This document shows positions 62,383 to 64,000 of a stretch of DNA of 64,000 nucleotides, piece by piece. The stretch is from Ranitomeya imitator. Lineage: Eukaryota. Each line of letters starts with the position of its first letter. The first letter of the stretch is position 1. The stretch spans positions 55,862,001-55,926,000 of the forward strand of contig NC_091288.1 in NCBI RefSeq assembly GCF_032444005.1. Reading direction: 5' to 3'. The notes under the pieces were generated by a model. That model made no database searches. It saw nothing but the letters and a program-made list of their open reading frames with translations, and had not been told where the DNA came from. Made by a program: the position numbers and the translations under genes.

Positions 62383-63288
62383 GGCCAGTCTCACACGTCC
62401 AGATAATTCCGGTACCGGAATTATCCGTGTCCTCCTACGTTTCTGTGGCACACGTGTGCCGCCCGTGTGCCCACTGGGTACCACACGTACCAGCATCTGG
62501 TGCTGAAGCCCCATTCATATCTTCCCTGCAGCAGCGTTTGCTGTAGAGAAGATATGAATAATTGTGATTAAAATAAAGATCTATGTGCCCCCTGCCCTCC
62601 CCACCCCCCGCTGTTCTGAAAATACTCACCCGGCTCCCCCGCCGGCGCTGCTTCCTGTTCTGGCCGCATCTTCTCCTGTATGCGGTCACGTGGGACTGCT
62701 CATTTACAGTAATGAATATGCGGCTCCACCCCTATGAGAGGTGGAGCCGCATATTCATGACTGTAATCGGCGGCACCACGTGACCGCTGATACAGTAGAA
62801 GATGCGGCCAGAACAGGAAGCAGCGCCAGCGAGGGAGCCGGGTGAGTATTTTCAGAACAGCGGGGGGGGGGGCGCACAGTGGGTGGGAGGGCGGGGGGCA
62901 CATAGATCTTTATTTTAAACACAATTATTCATATCTTCTCTACAGCAAACGCTGCTGCAGGGAAGATATGAATCGCGGCTTCAGCACCAGTGGGGGGGAC
63001 AGTGCTTAGTGTAGCGCTGTCTCCTGCACGGCACACGGACTGCACATGGACAGCGTCCGTGTGCGGTACGTGTTTTACACGGACCCATTGACATTAATAC
63101 GTGTAATACGTGCGCTCCCACGAACACTGACATGTCTCCGTGTTTGGCACACGGAGACACAGTCCGCAAAAAATCAATGACATCTGAACAGATGCATTGA
63201 TTTTAATGCGTCTACGTGTGTCAGTGTCTCCGGTACGTGAGGAAACTGTCACCTCACGTACCGGAGCCACTGACGTGTGAAACAGGCC
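62383..63288. mobile_element. Harbinger-type palindromic MITE
   Basis: GGCCAGTCTCACACGTC / GACGTGTGAAACAGGCC termini; TAA/TAA TSD; long central inverted repeat. Confidence 0.8.
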
Positions 63289-63507
63289 TAAGGAAAAGCT
63301 GCAGTGTTACTCGCACGCAAGTCTGGGCTCTGACACGTTCTAGACACTTCCACGGCTGAGACCACCATGATGTGGAAATAGCGTCGGACACCACATGGAC
63401 ACCATTTTCCGTAGCTTTCTCACCCTTGGTTGTGGCACTCGGTGGTAATTATGGCATGGTAGATATAATGGGAAGCTACACTTCATTAATTCTGTATCTC
63501 TCTTTAG

Positions 63508-63672
63508 GTACAGGTGGCGAACCAATGACACTGGGGTCACCAACCTCTCCGAAGCCTAGTGGCGGTGCCCAGTTTCTGCCTGGTTTCCTCATGGGTGATA
63601 TCCCAACTCCTGTCACTCCACAGCTGCGTCCATCACTCGGCATTATGGAGCTGCGATCCCCATTGATAGGAG
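63508..63672 (+). CDS. NUP35: NUP35 coding exon 2
   Basis: [54 protein letters not shown] matches the NUP35 N-terminal region; AG/GT boundaries (alternative acceptor at 63514). Confidence 0.92.
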
Positions 63673-63730
63673 GTATTGTATTGGAGCAGGAAACTGCTAT
63701 TCTACTCGTGTGATTTGTATGGGAGCCTAA

Positions 63731-64000
63731 AGGTACCGTCACATTTAGCGACGCTCCAGCGATATAGACAACGATCCGACCTAAACTAGATCGCTGGAGC
63801 GTCACTGTTTAGGTCGCTGTAGAGACATCAAACACAGCAACTCCAGAACGATGCAGGAGCGATCCAGTGACGTAACGGCGACTCACTTATCGTTCTCGCT
63901 GGTTGTTAGCTCTGTGAAAAAACATTGCAGGCATCGTTGCTTTTACTGTCAAACATGATGAATCACGCCGACCTGATGACCAAATAAAGTTCTGGACTTC
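63731..64000. mobile_element. Harbinger-type MITE running off the window
   Basis: AGGTACCGTCACA terminus as at 16068 and about 35994. Confidence 0.7.

Noticed and set aside
63372-63507. MEIASDT... as the NUP35 start
   Set aside because: Intronic read-through; a better exon 1 with promoter motifs and a phase-matched donor lies at 52688-52715.

Overview
Repeat-rich vertebrate genomic DNA, probably an anuran amphibian (inferred from the transposon families and the Xenopus-like NUP35 N-terminus). There are two host genes in a head-to-head arrangement. DUSP19 lies on the minus strand as four coding exons (33572-33347, 25927-25881, 24801-24649, 19126-18902; 651 nt, 216 aa, intact HCNAGVSR active site). 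NUP35 lies on the plus strand, with exon 1 at 52688-52715 and exon 2 at about 63508-63672. Nearly everything else is transposon-derived: (i) a LINE-2 3' end split by a solo LTR and by a TTAA/piggyBac-like element (3762-15986), which hosts two nested chromodomain Gypsy elements, the inner one a recombinant with mismatched LTRs; (ii) Tc1 relics; (iii) a near-intact 6.3-kb PIF/Harbinger element with Myb/SANT and nuclease genes; (iv) a young 8.9-kb Neptune-type Penelope-like element (PLE) with a 16-bp TSD, partial-tandem plus inverted pseudo-LTRs and three hammerhead-like motifs; (v) Helitron-like elements and many MITEs; (vi) a 6.6-kb minisatellite grown inside a MITE in NUP35 intron 1. The most notable candidate is an in-phase U_UUU_UUA slippery heptamer in the overlap of the PLE's two ORFs, which suggests -1 programmed frameshifting to give a 996-aa ORF1-RT-GIY-YIG fusion.
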